Positions 9,288 through 18,715 of a stretch of 64,000 nt of DNA are shown here, in pieces. Source of the stretch: an uncultured bacterium (GTDB lineage: Bacteria > Patescibacteriota > Minisyncoccia > UBA6257 > 2-01-FULL-56-20); NCBI GenBank assembly GCA_963844965.1, contig CAWJQC010000009.1, positions 1 through 64,000 of the forward strand, in the 5' to 3' direction. Below the pieces are notes generated by a model. It had not been told where the DNA came from. It searched no databases and worked only from the letters and a program-made list of their open reading frames with translations. Position numbers and translations under genes: made by a program. Within the stretch, counting starts at the first letter, position 1. Every line of letters begins with the position of its first letter.

Positions 9288-10055
9288 TTATAAATAATTT
9301 ATTTTTTTGAGCCAGAATTCGTTTTCCCATTCCCATAGCCGTTTCGCGCCGAGGAAGGCCTCAAGGTCGCTTTGCCAATAGGGGAATTCCTTGAGTTCAA
9401 CGTCGCCTTTGAGTTCGCTCCACTCGTGCGGGCAGTCGCGCATCACCTGGTTGCCCCATTGGATTTTTACCTTCTCCCGCCCACCCTTAACTCTTTTTAT
9501 CGCGCCGCAGAGATTACAGGTCTGTATCTGGTCAATCCTTAAAATCCACCTCGTCTGAAGATTTTGGAACTGGTCCTTCAGGGCGTCCATGTAAGCCGCC
9601 GTTTGCAGATTGTAGTCGCGGTAAATTGCTTGGGAAGTTTTTATGTCCAGAACGCCGAACTTGCCGTCAAGAAGCGCCAAGGCATCAACCGTACCGGCGT
9701 AGCGGTGGTCGTAGTGCACGACACGCCGCTCCACGAGCTCCGGCGTCACCTGAATATTCCTGCCCTCAAAATATTTCAAAAATGCCGCGATTGCCGGCTT
9801 CACCGAGAGGGGAATGTCCGGATTTTTGCCGAGGAGGATGCCCTCAACCGTTTCGTGTATCAGTGTTCCTTCCTCGGCGGATTTGTGCGAAACGCTCTGC
9901 GCCGCCTTAAAATTTTCCGCCTCGCCGTAAAAACGCAAAAGCGCCGGCTTCGCCTTGATGGAGACAATTTTCGTCACGCGCGGATACCAAATGCCGTCAA
10001 TGGTATATCCGCAGGCATTTTTGAAACTTTCCGCGTCTTTGAATTCCCCGAACAT
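9288..10055 (-). CDS. RecB-family PD-(D/E)xK nuclease, Cas4/AddB-nuclease-like with 4-Cys cluster
   Basis: 255 aa. One N-terminal Cys (NACGY) and three C-terminal Cys (CNLCG...DCPHEW). VDAL...LDIKT (D...DxK) and QTAAY (QxxxY) motifs typical of Cas4/RecB nucleases. Confidence 0.55.
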   Translation of the reverse strand: MFGEFKDAESFKNACGYTIDGIWYPRVTKIVSIKAKPALLRFYGEAENFKAAQSVSHKSAEEGTLIHETVEGILLGKNPDIPLSVKPAIAAFLKYFEGRNIQVTPELVERRVVHYDHRYAGTVDALALLDGKFGVLDIKTSQAIYRDYNLQTAAYMDALKDQFQNLQTRWILRIDQIQTCNLCGAIKRVKGGREKVKIQWGNQVMRDCPHEWSELKGDVELKEFPYWQSDLEAFLGAKRLWEWENEFWLKKINYL

Positions 10056-10059
10056 TTTA

Positions 10060-10108
10060 AATAATTTTATTCCTAAAATAAAAAATGAGCAATCCGCGCG
10101 GATTGCTC
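10060..10108 (-). terminator. rho-independent terminator after the SAM-methyltransferase gene (gagcaatccg-cg-cggattgctc + T-tract on minus strand)
   Basis: 10-bp perfect stem overlapping the stop codon, followed by attttttatttt on the transcribed strand. Confidence 0.6.
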
Positions 10109-10715
10109 ATAGACAACGAAAGATATAAAGGACGTAATGTTCATCGTTGAAATCTTTGTCCCGATACCCGCCACCCAAATCTTTCTTCAGAACCAGTTTG
10201 GCGTTGGGTATTTTGTTCAGAAAGGCTCTGCATTCCCTGAAACGCTCCGTGCACCACTTTATGCTCTTGATTTCGCCGATGGCACAAGCCAATACACCGC
10301 CCATCTTAACGAGACGTTGCATTTCGGTGATTGACTTCGGACCGGTTAGGCCCACCATCGCGCTTGATACAACCACATCAAATTTTTTATTGGGGAAGGG
10401 AAGGCGATAGGCGTTGGCATGGGCGCATCCACGATATACCAATTTTACCGCGGCCTCTTTCAAGCGTTTTTCCGCAATATCAACACCGATAAGAGTACCT
10501 TGCCATTCGCTTTGTTGTAGTTCCTGTCCGACAAAACCTGGACCGCAACCCACATCAAGAACCAGCTCGCCGCCGCAGAGAAGGGGAGCGAGATTGCGCA
10601 CTAATAACTGCGGTACCTGCCAGCCCTCCAATCGGGATCCTATCTCGTAAACATCTAAGGAATTATAGAATTGTCGGGCTTGTGTCGAGGTTCTCACGCG
10701 AGTCCTCCTCCACAA
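10107..10715 (-). CDS. class I SAM-dependent methyltransferase (small, non-DNA-MTase type)
   Basis: 202 aa with VLDVGCGPG glycine-rich SAM motif and DIAEKRL motif II. Confidence 0.6.
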   Translation of the reverse strand: MWRRTRVRTSTQARQFYNSLDVYEIGSRLEGWQVPQLLVRNLAPLLCGGELVLDVGCGPGFVGQELQQSEWQGTLIGVDIAEKRLKEAAVKLVYRGCAHANAYRLPFPNKKFDVVVSSAMVGLTGPKSITEMQRLVKMGGVLACAIGEIKSIKWCTERFRECRAFLNKIPNAKLVLKKDLGGGYRDKDFNDEHYVLYIFRCL

Positions 10716-10742
10716 TAATTCTGATAAACTTATATCAAAAAA

Positions 10743-12137
10743 CTATCTTTTTAGCAAGTTGTCCGTGTAATTTACAATATCACCGGCGCCCATCATGACC
10801 AATATACACAAATCACGAGGCACGTAACACGAGACACGAGTCGCAAGAAAACTCTTCAAATTTTTGGGGTTGGCGAGGTAGAAAACCGGTTTGCCGGGAT
10901 ATTTTTTTTGGATCGCGGCGGCGAGAGTTTTGGAGGTGAACCGGTAATCTATTTTGTCGCGGCCGGCAACCTTATAGAAGGGGATTAAAACCGTAGTGTC
11001 AGCGTCGTTGAAGGCGGTGGCGAACTCTTTGAAAAGCGCTTGCAGGCGTTTTGCCTGGTGTGGCTGGAAAACGCAGATGATTTTGGATTTCGGGAATTTT
11101 TCGCGGAACGCCGCGAGAGTTGCTTTAATTTCGGTCGGGTGATGAGCGTAATCATCAAAAATTTTCAATTTACAATTTTCAATTTTTAATTGGCCACGAT
11201 ATTCAAAACGGCGCCAGGAGCCGCGGTAGGCGGAGATTGCCGCGACAATATTCTTGTGAGATATACCAAGTGCGCGGCCGGCTTTATAGGCGGCGACCGC
11301 GTTTGAAATATTGTGGACGCCGGGAATTTTTATGACCTCTTTGATTTTCTTCGCCGTGTTGCCGTGAACTGAATACCACAGAATTTTAAGATTTCTGTTT
11401 TGTGCAATCCTTTTTATTTTCGGCCGCAGAGAAAATAAGTTTTTATCGTCTTTGTTTAGGATTAAAGTGCCGCCCGGTTTTGTGCGCGCGAGAAATTGGA
11501 GGAACGCTTTTTTCACGCCGGCTAAATTTTTATAGGTGTCCAAATGCTCCTTATCAATATTGGTGACGACCGTGAGAGTGGGGGAGTAATTCAGGAATGC
11601 CCGGCCGAATTCATCGGCTTCCAAAACCAGATACGGACCTCTTCCCGAACGGAAATTTTTATCGCCCAGCTCCCTGAGCTTCGTGCCGACAATGATTGTC
11701 GGATCAAGAGCGGCTTTTTTGAGGATTAAGCCGATAAGCGTGGCCGTCGTGCTCTTTCCGTGCGCGCCAGCGACGGCGATTGTTTTGTGGCTTCCCACGA
11801 GCACTCCCACGGCCTCGGGGTAGGTGATAGTTGGGAGCCCCAAGCGAGTTGCTTCACGAAGTTCCGGATTGTCCGCTTTTACCGCTTGGCTGCGTATTAT
11901 AAGGGTTAAATCGGCTTTTATATTGCCTTTTTTATGCCCAAAATTGACCTTTACGCCCTCTTTCTGCAACTCACGAGTAATCCGACTCGGGGTCAAATCC
12001 GAGCCCGAAACAGCCCATTTTTCGCCTCTTTTTCCGGTATGATTTTGTGCGAGAAACCAGCGCGCGAGAGCGCTCATACCGATGCCGCCGATACCGATAA
12101 AGTGGACTTTTTTTTGTCTCGCTCTCGCGCCAGCCAT
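10743..12137 (-). CDS. murC: UDP-N-acetylmuramate--L-alanine ligase
   Basis: 464 aa. VHFIGIGGIGMSALA N-terminal Rossmann motif, GAHGKSTT P-loop, Mur ligase middle and C-terminal domains. Confidence 0.9.
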   Translation of the reverse strand: MAGARARQKKVHFIGIGGIGMSALARWFLAQNHTGKRGEKWAVSGSDLTPSRITRELQKEGVKVNFGHKKGNIKADLTLIIRSQAVKADNPELREATRLGLPTITYPEAVGVLVGSHKTIAVAGAHGKSTTATLIGLILKKAALDPTIIVGTKLRELGDKNFRSGRGPYLVLEADEFGRAFLNYSPTLTVVTNIDKEHLDTYKNLAGVKKAFLQFLARTKPGGTLILNKDDKNLFSLRPKIKRIAQNRNLKILWYSVHGNTAKKIKEVIKIPGVHNISNAVAAYKAGRALGISHKNIVAAISAYRGSWRRFEYRGQLKIENCKLKIFDDYAHHPTEIKATLAAFREKFPKSKIICVFQPHQAKRLQALFKEFATAFNDADTTVLIPFYKVAGRDKIDYRFTSKTLAAAIQKKYPGKPVFYLANPKNLKSFLATRVSCYVPRDLCILVMMGAGDIVNYTDNLLKR

Positions 12138-12450
12138 TAGTTAGATTATAAGAGATTATTCTTTGATTGACACGGGTGGTACGTGATATTCAGGTACTAC
12201 GCGGACATCAAAGGGGAGGCCGAAAAACCCCTTACTTTAAAATATCCTATCTGTCGCACAATATACCTTTTGCGTCAGATATATAACGCACTTACCTTTG
12301 AGTTGTCTCTGACCGGCTCCTAGCACCAGACAATCATCGCCACTTAATAAATATATCTGACCGCAAAAGGTTGCGGCCGTTTTGCAACGTCAGAGAAAGA
12401 AATACTCCCCTCTGCCATCGCAAAACGGCCTTATTAGTCGACCGGATCGG

Positions 12451-12861
12451 CTACTTAATCAGCGACAATCCCTGCCGGATCAGATCTGCGGCGGTGTTGA
12501 GCACCCAAATGACAAGCCCGCCGACTGCCTTGATTATCTGAACGAAGTTCAGCCCGGTAGCGCGGATAAGCCACAAATTCGCGTTTTCTAGCGTGTTTTC
12601 AATGCTTATGCCGCCTCCTCCGCCTGAAGTTGTTGGGATGGTAACGTTCGGAATAACATTGTTGCCGCCGCCAATATTCTGCCAAATTTGTTTACCGGTG
12701 TTTATTAGGCTGTTAATTAAGGTTTGTAACCAGGAAGATAGCTGATCGGTATTCAAATTTAAGTTGACGTCGTAGGCGCGGGCAAAATTGATACCCGATA
12801 AGCATAAAACGGAAACGGCCGCGATTGTCGCGATGACCAAATAATTTTTTTTACCGGCCAT
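12451..12861 (-). CDS. hypothetical small secreted/membrane protein
   Basis: 136 aa, N-terminal signal/TM (NYLVIATIAAVSVLCLSG), Gly-rich centre, C-terminal hydrophobic segment. Confidence 0.4.
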   Translation of the reverse strand: MAGKKNYLVIATIAAVSVLCLSGINFARAYDVNLNLNTDQLSSWLQTLINSLINTGKQIWQNIGGGNNVIPNVTIPTTSGGGGGISIENTLENANLWLIRATGLNFVQIIKAVGGLVIWVLNTAADLIRQGLSLIK

Positions 12862-12871
12862 GTTTTTGTTT

Positions 12872-14179
12872 TTAGAGGTAGCCCAAGGGGTTCAGGTCGC
12901 CTCCGAATGGCATTGGCCCGCAAACCTTGCTCGGACCCATGTAAAAAGTCGGGCTGGCGAACACGGAAAAGTGAAGGTGGGGACCGGTCGCGTAGCCGGT
13001 CATGCCCGAATAACCGATTACCTGCCCCCTCTTTATTGTATCACCTTTTGCGACAATCTGTCGAGAAAGGTGACCATACAATGTCGTAAGATTGTCTGTG
13101 TGCTGAATCACGATAAATTTGCCGTAAGCGCCGCGAGGACAGTATGAATCCTGATTGCCGGTCGCGACGACCGTGCCATCCTCGGCGGCCAGGACCGGTG
13201 TGCCGATCGAAGCCGCGAAATCCACGCCGTTGTGCCAATGGCCTTGATAACCGTTTTTTGCGAATTCAGTCGCGCCGTATCCCTGGGTGATGTCATCCAG
13301 CGTATCGCCGCTGACTGGAATAGCCAAAACTCCGTGTCCGAGCGGAGGAAGAGTTGATGGATCGATTTTGGTCCGCAATACCGCGTCAAGCGCCTCAACT
13401 TCGTCAGCGATTTGCTGCTGTTGTTTTTCAAGATCGGCAACTTGTTTTTCGTAGACCGATTCTTTATTTTTGGTTTGAGTGAGCACGGTTTGCTGTTCGG
13501 TTTTCTGGTCTTGAACTATCAATTTTTTATTTGTCAGGTCCTGCTGGTTGAAAGCTATGCTTTCTTTTTTTTGCGTCGCCTCCTGTATCTTGGAGTCGTA
13601 TTCGTCGTGCAAAGAATGCAGATTCGTTATGTCCGTGGTCAGCTGATCTTGCAGGTTCTTGATGTTTTGAGCCTCAAGGACGCCGTCGGCGAGAGTTTTA
13701 CTTTGCAAAAATACCATCAGTAGATTATTGTTGTTCTCGTCGTTCATTTGAACTTCCACGATGGTCCTTATTATCGCGGCTTTTTTATCGGCTATGGACG
13801 ACTGAATGTCGGTGAGATCATAGCCCAGCGATTCCACTTCCAACCCCAGTTCTTCAATAGTTATTTGATCCGCTTTTATGCTCAGACTGAGTTGATCTAC
13901 GTTGTTTTGAAGAGTCGCGAGTTCTTTTTGGAGCGTAAGCCGGTTGCCCGTCGTTTCGCTCAGGGCTTGTTTTGTAGCCTCAATTTGCTTGTTAAGATCG
14001 TCAAGCTGTTTGGCTTTTTCCTGAACTTGCGTCTGGAGATCCTCCCTCGTCATTGTTTGCGCCGTTGAAGTTGCCGCCGGCGTTGAGGTTGCCGCGGTCT
14101 GGGCGGAAACAAAGTTGCGGCAACAAGCGAGCGCGAGCAAAAAGCTGATCGGTAACGAGATTAGGTAGGCACGCCTCAT
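12872..14179 (-). CDS. M23 family metallopeptidase with N-terminal signal peptide and long coiled-coil (EnvC/LytM-like murein hydrolase or activator)
   Basis: 435 aa. Signal peptide, about 250 aa of Q/E/L-rich coiled coil, then an M23 domain (HNGVDF ... GPHLHF). Confidence 0.8.
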   Translation of the reverse strand: MRRAYLISLPISFLLALACCRNFVSAQTAATSTPAATSTAQTMTREDLQTQVQEKAKQLDDLNKQIEATKQALSETTGNRLTLQKELATLQNNVDQLSLSIKADQITIEELGLEVESLGYDLTDIQSSIADKKAAIIRTIVEVQMNDENNNNLLMVFLQSKTLADGVLEAQNIKNLQDQLTTDITNLHSLHDEYDSKIQEATQKKESIAFNQQDLTNKKLIVQDQKTEQQTVLTQTKNKESVYEKQVADLEKQQQQIADEVEALDAVLRTKIDPSTLPPLGHGVLAIPVSGDTLDDITQGYGATEFAKNGYQGHWHNGVDFAASIGTPVLAAEDGTVVATGNQDSYCPRGAYGKFIVIQHTDNLTTLYGHLSRQIVAKGDTIKRGQVIGYSGMTGYATGPHLHFSVFASPTFYMGPSKVCGPMPFGGDLNPLGYL

Positions 14180-15720
14180 GATTTTTTACGGCTGTCTATT
14201 TTCTCAATAGCCGTTCTGATCCTTCTTGCGGCCTCGTCTTTCCCCAGGATCTCCATTATTTCGTAAGGATCCGGAGACGCGGCTTGTCCGGAGAGCGCGG
14301 CCCGGAGCGGCCAGAGCACCATTCCCCTGCCCTCCTTTTCCATAAGTCCGGAGAAAGCATTCATCAAAATTTCGCGTTTCAGGACGTCGGTTTTGATTGG
14401 CTCCGTTATTTTTAAAATTTCGGTGAGGATGGTTCTGATTTTCGGAAGCGGTTCGTTGTTCCACGAAAGCAAGTTCGCGTCATAATCCGGCAATTCAAAG
14501 AAAAATCCGGCGAGTCCGAAAAATTCGTTCAGAGCCGCGAGCCGCGGACGTTCAACGTCAACGATCTTTTCCAGAAATTCCCTGGAATATTTAATTTTCT
14601 TTTCTTTCAAATATGGCTCTATCATGTCGGCGATCTTAGCCGTCGCGAGCGGCTTCAGGTGTTCTTTTTGCAGCCAGTTCAGTTTTTCCAGGTTGAAAAC
14701 CGCGCCGGCTTTCTGAACGCGCCTAAGGTCAAACACTTTCGTAAGCTCGGGCAGGGTGAAAACTTCTTTTTCGTCTTTGGGATGCCAGCCGAGAAGTGTG
14801 AGGAAGTTCACTATGGCTTCGGGCAGATACCCCTGTTTTTGGTATTCGGAAAGCGCGGTGTCGGCGAAGCGCTTGGACATCTTGCTGCGGTCGGGATTCA
14901 GGATCAGCGGCAGATGCGCGTATTCCGGCTCGTCAAACCCCAGCGCTTTTTGGAGCAGAATTTGTCTTGGTGTGTTTGAGAGGTGCTCTTCGCCACGGAT
15001 GACGTGGCTGATTTTCATTTCATAGTCGTCAATGACCGCCGCCAGATTGTAGAGAGGCGTTTCCAGATCCTTCGCGATCACCAAGTCGCCGAAAAGCGCG
15101 GCGTTGAAGCCAACCTTGCCGCGAATTACGTCCTTGAACTCCACCTGCGCTTCCGGCGTTTTGAAGCGGATTACCTGCGGTTCTTTGTCCTTGGGCGGTT
15201 CGCCGGCTGGAGGATTCAAATTGCGGCAATGGCCGCTGTATTTCGGCGGCAAACCCTGCGCGAGCATCGCCTGCCGCTCTGCTTCAAGCTCCTCTTTCGT
15301 GCAGTAGCAATAATACGCCTTGCCCTCGGCTATAAGTTTCTCCAAATATTTTTTGTAAATTTCCGTCCGCTCGCTCTGCTTGTAGGGCCCATAAGGCCCT
15401 ACCGCGGAATCACGCGGACTGAACGCGGACTTACGCTGACCTTTTCCGCGTAGTTCCGCGTCTTGTCCGCGACGGTCCGCGGTTTGGGGCCCTTCGTCCC
15501 ATTCCAATCCCAGCCACAATAGCCCGTCAATCAGTTCGGTTTCGTATTCTTTCGTTGAGCGTTCCTTGTCCGTGTCCTCTATCCGCAATATGAACTTTCC
15601 GCCGGTTTGCCGCGCGTAAAGCCAGTTAAAAAGCGCGGTTCTCGCCCCGCCCACGTGAAGCGGACCTGTGGGGCTCGGTGCAAACCGGACGCGAACAGGT
15701 TTTTCCGATGCAGCTGCCAT
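14176..15720 (-). CDS. gltX: glutamate--tRNA ligase
   Basis: 514 aa. RFAPSPTGPLHVGGARTALFNWL (HIGH region), ILRIEDTD, SKMSKR (KMSKS). Class I GluRS with an insertion. Confidence 0.88.
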   Translation of the reverse strand: MAAASEKPVRVRFAPSPTGPLHVGGARTALFNWLYARQTGGKFILRIEDTDKERSTKEYETELIDGLLWLGLEWDEGPQTADRRGQDAELRGKGQRKSAFSPRDSAVGPYGPYKQSERTEIYKKYLEKLIAEGKAYYCYCTKEELEAERQAMLAQGLPPKYSGHCRNLNPPAGEPPKDKEPQVIRFKTPEAQVEFKDVIRGKVGFNAALFGDLVIAKDLETPLYNLAAVIDDYEMKISHVIRGEEHLSNTPRQILLQKALGFDEPEYAHLPLILNPDRSKMSKRFADTALSEYQKQGYLPEAIVNFLTLLGWHPKDEKEVFTLPELTKVFDLRRVQKAGAVFNLEKLNWLQKEHLKPLATAKIADMIEPYLKEKKIKYSREFLEKIVDVERPRLAALNEFFGLAGFFFELPDYDANLLSWNNEPLPKIRTILTEILKITEPIKTDVLKREILMNAFSGLMEKEGRGMVLWPLRAALSGQAASPDPYEIMEILGKDEAARRIRTAIEKIDSRKKS

Positions 15721-15820
15721 AAATGCATTTTAACACGAAAAAACGTCAATTTCTACCCCGAAATATGGCAAAAAAAAGCCGCACTTTATGTGCAGGGCCT
15801 GTGGATTTTTGTGCGGAATC

Positions 15821-16087
15821 CTAACCGGCTAGTTTCTTCAAGATGAGGTCGGTATGCTTTATGTTGACCGCATAAACCCGCATCGGAAGAATATACTCAA
15901 TACCTGCCACTTCATACTTCCCTGGTGGTATCATTGACGGAGTGTTTGGTCGAACATTTGTCACTTCCTCGTCTGACGGATCATCCGGGACGACTATTGT
16001 TTCTCCAATCCGAATTGGATAGGTTGATTGGAGGGTTAATAGCGATTCTCCAAAAATAAGCCTGTACCAAATTGTAATTGTAGGCAT
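15821..16087 (-). CDS. hypothetical protein
   Basis: 88 aa from ATG 16087 preceded by aaaGGAGtgggaatc. The longer 123-aa ORF start lacks an RBS. Confidence 0.35.
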   Translation of the reverse strand: MPTITIWYRLIFGESLLTLQSTYPIRIGETIVVPDDPSDEEVTNVRPNTPSMIPPGKYEVAGIEYILPMRVYAVNIKHTDLILKKLAG

Positions 16088-16199
16088 GATTCCCACTCCT
16101 TTTTGCCGCCGCATTTGCTCGTGCTCTGCGGCAGCGAAGAAAAAACCGACAATTCCCTCTTCGCTGCCGCAGAAACCATATTCAAATTTCAAATTACTT

Positions 16200-16830
16200 A
16201 CATTTTAATTATAGCATACTTTCTCTAATTCTGTCAATCACCGCGGGCTAAAGCCCGCGGCTTGTGTTCGGCTCCTGTTCCCACTGGTTTCTGATATATT
16301 CTCTCATCGCTTTTTCGTTTTGACGGCCAACGGTTTCGGCAAAGTAACCATCCTGCCACAAGCTGTCTCCCCAGAGGAATTCTTCCAGCTCGGGAAATTC
16401 TTTTCTGACAGCCCTGGACGTACCGCCTTTGAGATAAAACACCGCTTTGGCAACCGTCAGGGTAGCAGGAATTTGAAGCAATAGATGGACATGGTCGGGC
16501 ATTATCTGCGCTTCATGGATGAACCATTTATTCATCTTGGCGGCTTGAAAGAACAATGTCTTGAGTCGCCCGACCATGTCCCCTCGCAGTATCGAGCGGC
16601 GGTACTTTGGGCAGAAAACAACGTGGTACAAACATCGCGTATAGCTGTGGTTGCTTGGCCAGAATCCAGAGGGCATTATCTTCATTATCGCACCGGCAGA
16701 AACCAGTGGGAACAGGCAAATAAGCCCTCCGCCCCTCGCTTCGCTCGGGGCTACGGGGTCGCCTTATCCTCGGCCTAAAGGCCGGGGCTTGCGGCGGAGC
16801 GGGTCAAGGTAAAATAATGCGGTAGAAATA
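16200..16830 (-). mobile_element. IS200/IS605-family element (tnpA only) with hairpin-forming ends
   Basis: Y1 HUH transposase gene flanked by palindromes (ccgcgggctaaagcccgcgg at about 16243; ggcctaaaggccgggg at about 16770). A perfect 19-bp inverted repeat (16262-16280 / 16698-16716) brackets the CDS. Confidence 0.7.
16248..16685 (-). CDS. tnpA: IS200/IS605 family transposase TnpA (Y1 HUH)
   Basis: YHVVFCPKYRR, HVHLLLQIP (HUH), LKGGTSRAVRKEF and WQDGYFAETVG (catalytic Tyr region) are classic IS200 TnpA motifs. Confidence 0.88.
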   Translation of the reverse strand: MKIMPSGFWPSNHSYTRCLYHVVFCPKYRRSILRGDMVGRLKTLFFQAAKMNKWFIHEAQIMPDHVHLLLQIPATLTVAKAVFYLKGGTSRAVRKEFPELEEFLWGDSLWQDGYFAETVGRQNEKAMREYIRNQWEQEPNTSRGL

Positions 16831-17017
16831 GGGAGTTTGAGAGTTGCATGGTTGTATATCTGATATTGTATATCCGACATAGAACAGCGACAGCGCTGCC
16901 GATTGACAGATATTTTCAAATGCTTTACAATGCAGGCAGAAAGAAGGTAATGCCAATACGCCGATGCGGAAGGAGGTCCTCATATGAAGTCGAGTTTGCT
17001 CGTTACATTCAGTTCTG

Positions 17018-17515
17018 GTGTTTTTATTATCCCCTATCGCTTCTGCGCAACAGACAAAACAGAAACAAGCGGCGCCAGCAAAGAGTGCGTGTCAGGATCT
17101 GCTCTTGAAAACTTCCAAGCTTGAACTGGAATATGGTGGGCAGTTCAGAGAGTGGCTTTACGGAAAATCGTCAGACTTCCCCTCTCGGGAAAAAGTAACG
17201 AGGTCCGAAGCGGAAATGCTTACTGCCTGCAGCGTTGAGAACGCGCGTGTGCGGAAGCAGGCGGAAGAATTATTGATGAAGGCGCTGGCGACAATAGATA
17301 TCTCTTGCAGGTTAGATCCGACAGTACGCGAATTCGGCTCACCTTGCGGGAAGATCGCGCCCAATCCGGAGATTCTTATTCTGCACCACGAGTTCTGCGA
17401 CACATGGAACAAGCAAGAACTGGGCGCTAAGCCTGGTATCTGTTCAAAACTTATGCCATTAGAGGGAGGGAAAGCAAAACCAAGAGGTAAGAACTCCTCT
17501 ATTATTGGTATTTAG
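17018..17515 (+). CDS. hypothetical secreted Cys-containing protein; true start probably ATG 16984 with a frameshift at the T5 run near 17021-17025
   Basis: ATG 16984 has a GGAGGT RBS and encodes MKSSLLVTFSSGVF (signal n/h region). The long ORF (GTG 17018) continues the signal peptide (FLLSPIASAQQ) one frame over. Confidence 0.45.
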   Translation: MFLLSPIASAQQTKQKQAAPAKSACQDLLLKTSKLELEYGGQFREWLYGKSSDFPSREKVTRSEAEMLTACSVENARVRKQAEELLMKALATIDISCRLDPTVREFGSPCGKIAPNPEILILHHEFCDTWNKQELGAKPGICSKLMPLEGGKAKPRGKNSSIIGI

Positions 17516-17563
17516 CTTCGCAGCCCCGCGCTTGCATTTCAGCACGGGGCATTTTTGTTCCAA

Positions 17564-18715
17564 CTAACTTGCCAATTTCAATATCTCCTCCGCTATCGTT
17601 TCCGCCGCGTCGGGCTTGAAAAATTTTCCCGAAGCCCGGCTCATTCTTTCTGAAATCTCCGGACCGTGAACGATCTCCTTTATTTTGTCCAAAAGTATTC
17701 CGGGAGACATATTTTGTTCTTCAATTATCGCCGCCGTTGCGCCGTCTCCCGCGAATTCGTAGGCGTTGATCAGCTGGTGGTCGTTCGCGGCTTCTTTGAG
17801 CGGTACCAGTATCGCCGGTTTCCCGAACGCGGCTATTTCCGCGAGCGTGTTGCTTCCGGCCCTCGTCACGATCACGTCGGCCGCGGCAAAGGCGTTTTTT
17901 TCCGCGACGACATCAAGATAAGGAACCGGACGATAGCGGTATTTGGCGCCGGCGCCCGCGAAATGATCCGAGAGCGCGGCACGCGAAAGCTTTTCCGTTT
18001 CGTCAAAATTCGCCTCTCCGGTCTGATGAAGGATCTGGACCTCTTGCAATAAGGCCGTGAGGTTCGTGAGAATGAAGTTGTTGATTCTTCTTGAGCCCTG
18101 CGAGCCGCCGATGACAAGCAGCAAGGGCTCGTTCTCTTTGAAACCCAATTCTTTTTTTGCCGCGCCGGCGGCGGGTCTCGTCTCCAACAGTTCTTTTCTT
18201 ACGGGCGTGCCGACAAGCGCCGTTTTTTTCGGATTGAAATACTCCTTGGCGCGTTCAAAGTTTATCGCTATCCTTTTGGCGAACCAAGCCGAAGCCAAAT
18301 TCGTGAGTCCCGGTATAGCGTCCGATTCGTGGATAATGATCGGAATTCTGTATAACCATCCTGCCGCGACCACCGGCAGAGCGCCCGTTCCTCCTTTGGA
18401 AAAAATAACGTCCGGCATTATGAAAAACATTTTAAAAAGCGCCTCAAAAAAGCCAATGAAAAATTTCGGGATATCCAGAAGATTTTCAAGCGAAAAATAT
18501 CTTCGCAACTTGCCGGACACGACTGTTTTTATTTTGAATCCGGCGGCGTCAAAGATTTCCGAATATGCGTCAAGCGGCCCCATGTAGTAAAGTTCCAGCT
18601 TGGTCTTATCGCCGGCGACTTTTTTAAGTGCCTCGCCAACGGCCAGAAGCGGGTAAGCGTGTCCCCCGCTCCCCCCGCCGGTGAATAATATTCTCAAGGT
18701 TTTTTGATCAACCAT
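17564..18715 (-). CDS. murG: undecaprenyldiphospho-muramoylpentapeptide beta-N-acetylglucosaminyltransferase
   Basis: 383 aa. ILFTGGGSGGHAYP N-terminus, GT28 N- and C-domains, GGSQGSRRIN motif. Adjacent to ftsW and murC. Confidence 0.88.
   Translation of the reverse strand: MVDQKTLRILFTGGGSGGHAYPLLAVGEALKKVAGDKTKLELYYMGPLDAYSEIFDAAGFKIKTVVSGKLRRYFSLENLLDIPKFFIGFFEALFKMFFIMPDVIFSKGGTGALPVVAAGWLYRIPIIIHESDAIPGLTNLASAWFAKRIAINFERAKEYFNPKKTALVGTPVRKELLETRPAAGAAKKELGFKENEPLLLVIGGSQGSRRINNFILTNLTALLQEVQILHQTGEANFDETEKLSRAALSDHFAGAGAKYRYRPVPYLDVVAEKNAFAAADVIVTRAGSNTLAEIAAFGKPAILVPLKEAANDHQLINAYEFAGDGATAAIIEEQNMSPGILLDKIKEIVHGPEISERMSRASGKFFKPDAAETIAEEILKLAS

Noticed and set aside
9564-10064. Antisense ORFs inside real genes (9564-10064, 20300-21013, 28432-29163, 36758-37699, 38956-39609, 5874-6828 etc.)
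   Set aside because: Each lies opposite a confidently identified gene (nuclease, amidohydrolase, ATPase, dnaJ, dnaK, typA) and has biased low-complexity translation; these are shadow ORFs.
11160-11196. aaaattttcaatttacaattttcaattttt repeat resembling the intergenic AT motifs
   Set aside because: Lies inside murC and encodes LKIENCKLKIF in frame; a coding coincidence, not a regulatory element.
16985-17126. 47-aa ORF MKSSLLVTFSSGVFIIPYRFCATDKTE... as an independent small gene
   Set aside because: Better explained as the N-terminus of the 17018-17515 secreted protein separated by a frameshift at a T5 homopolymer.
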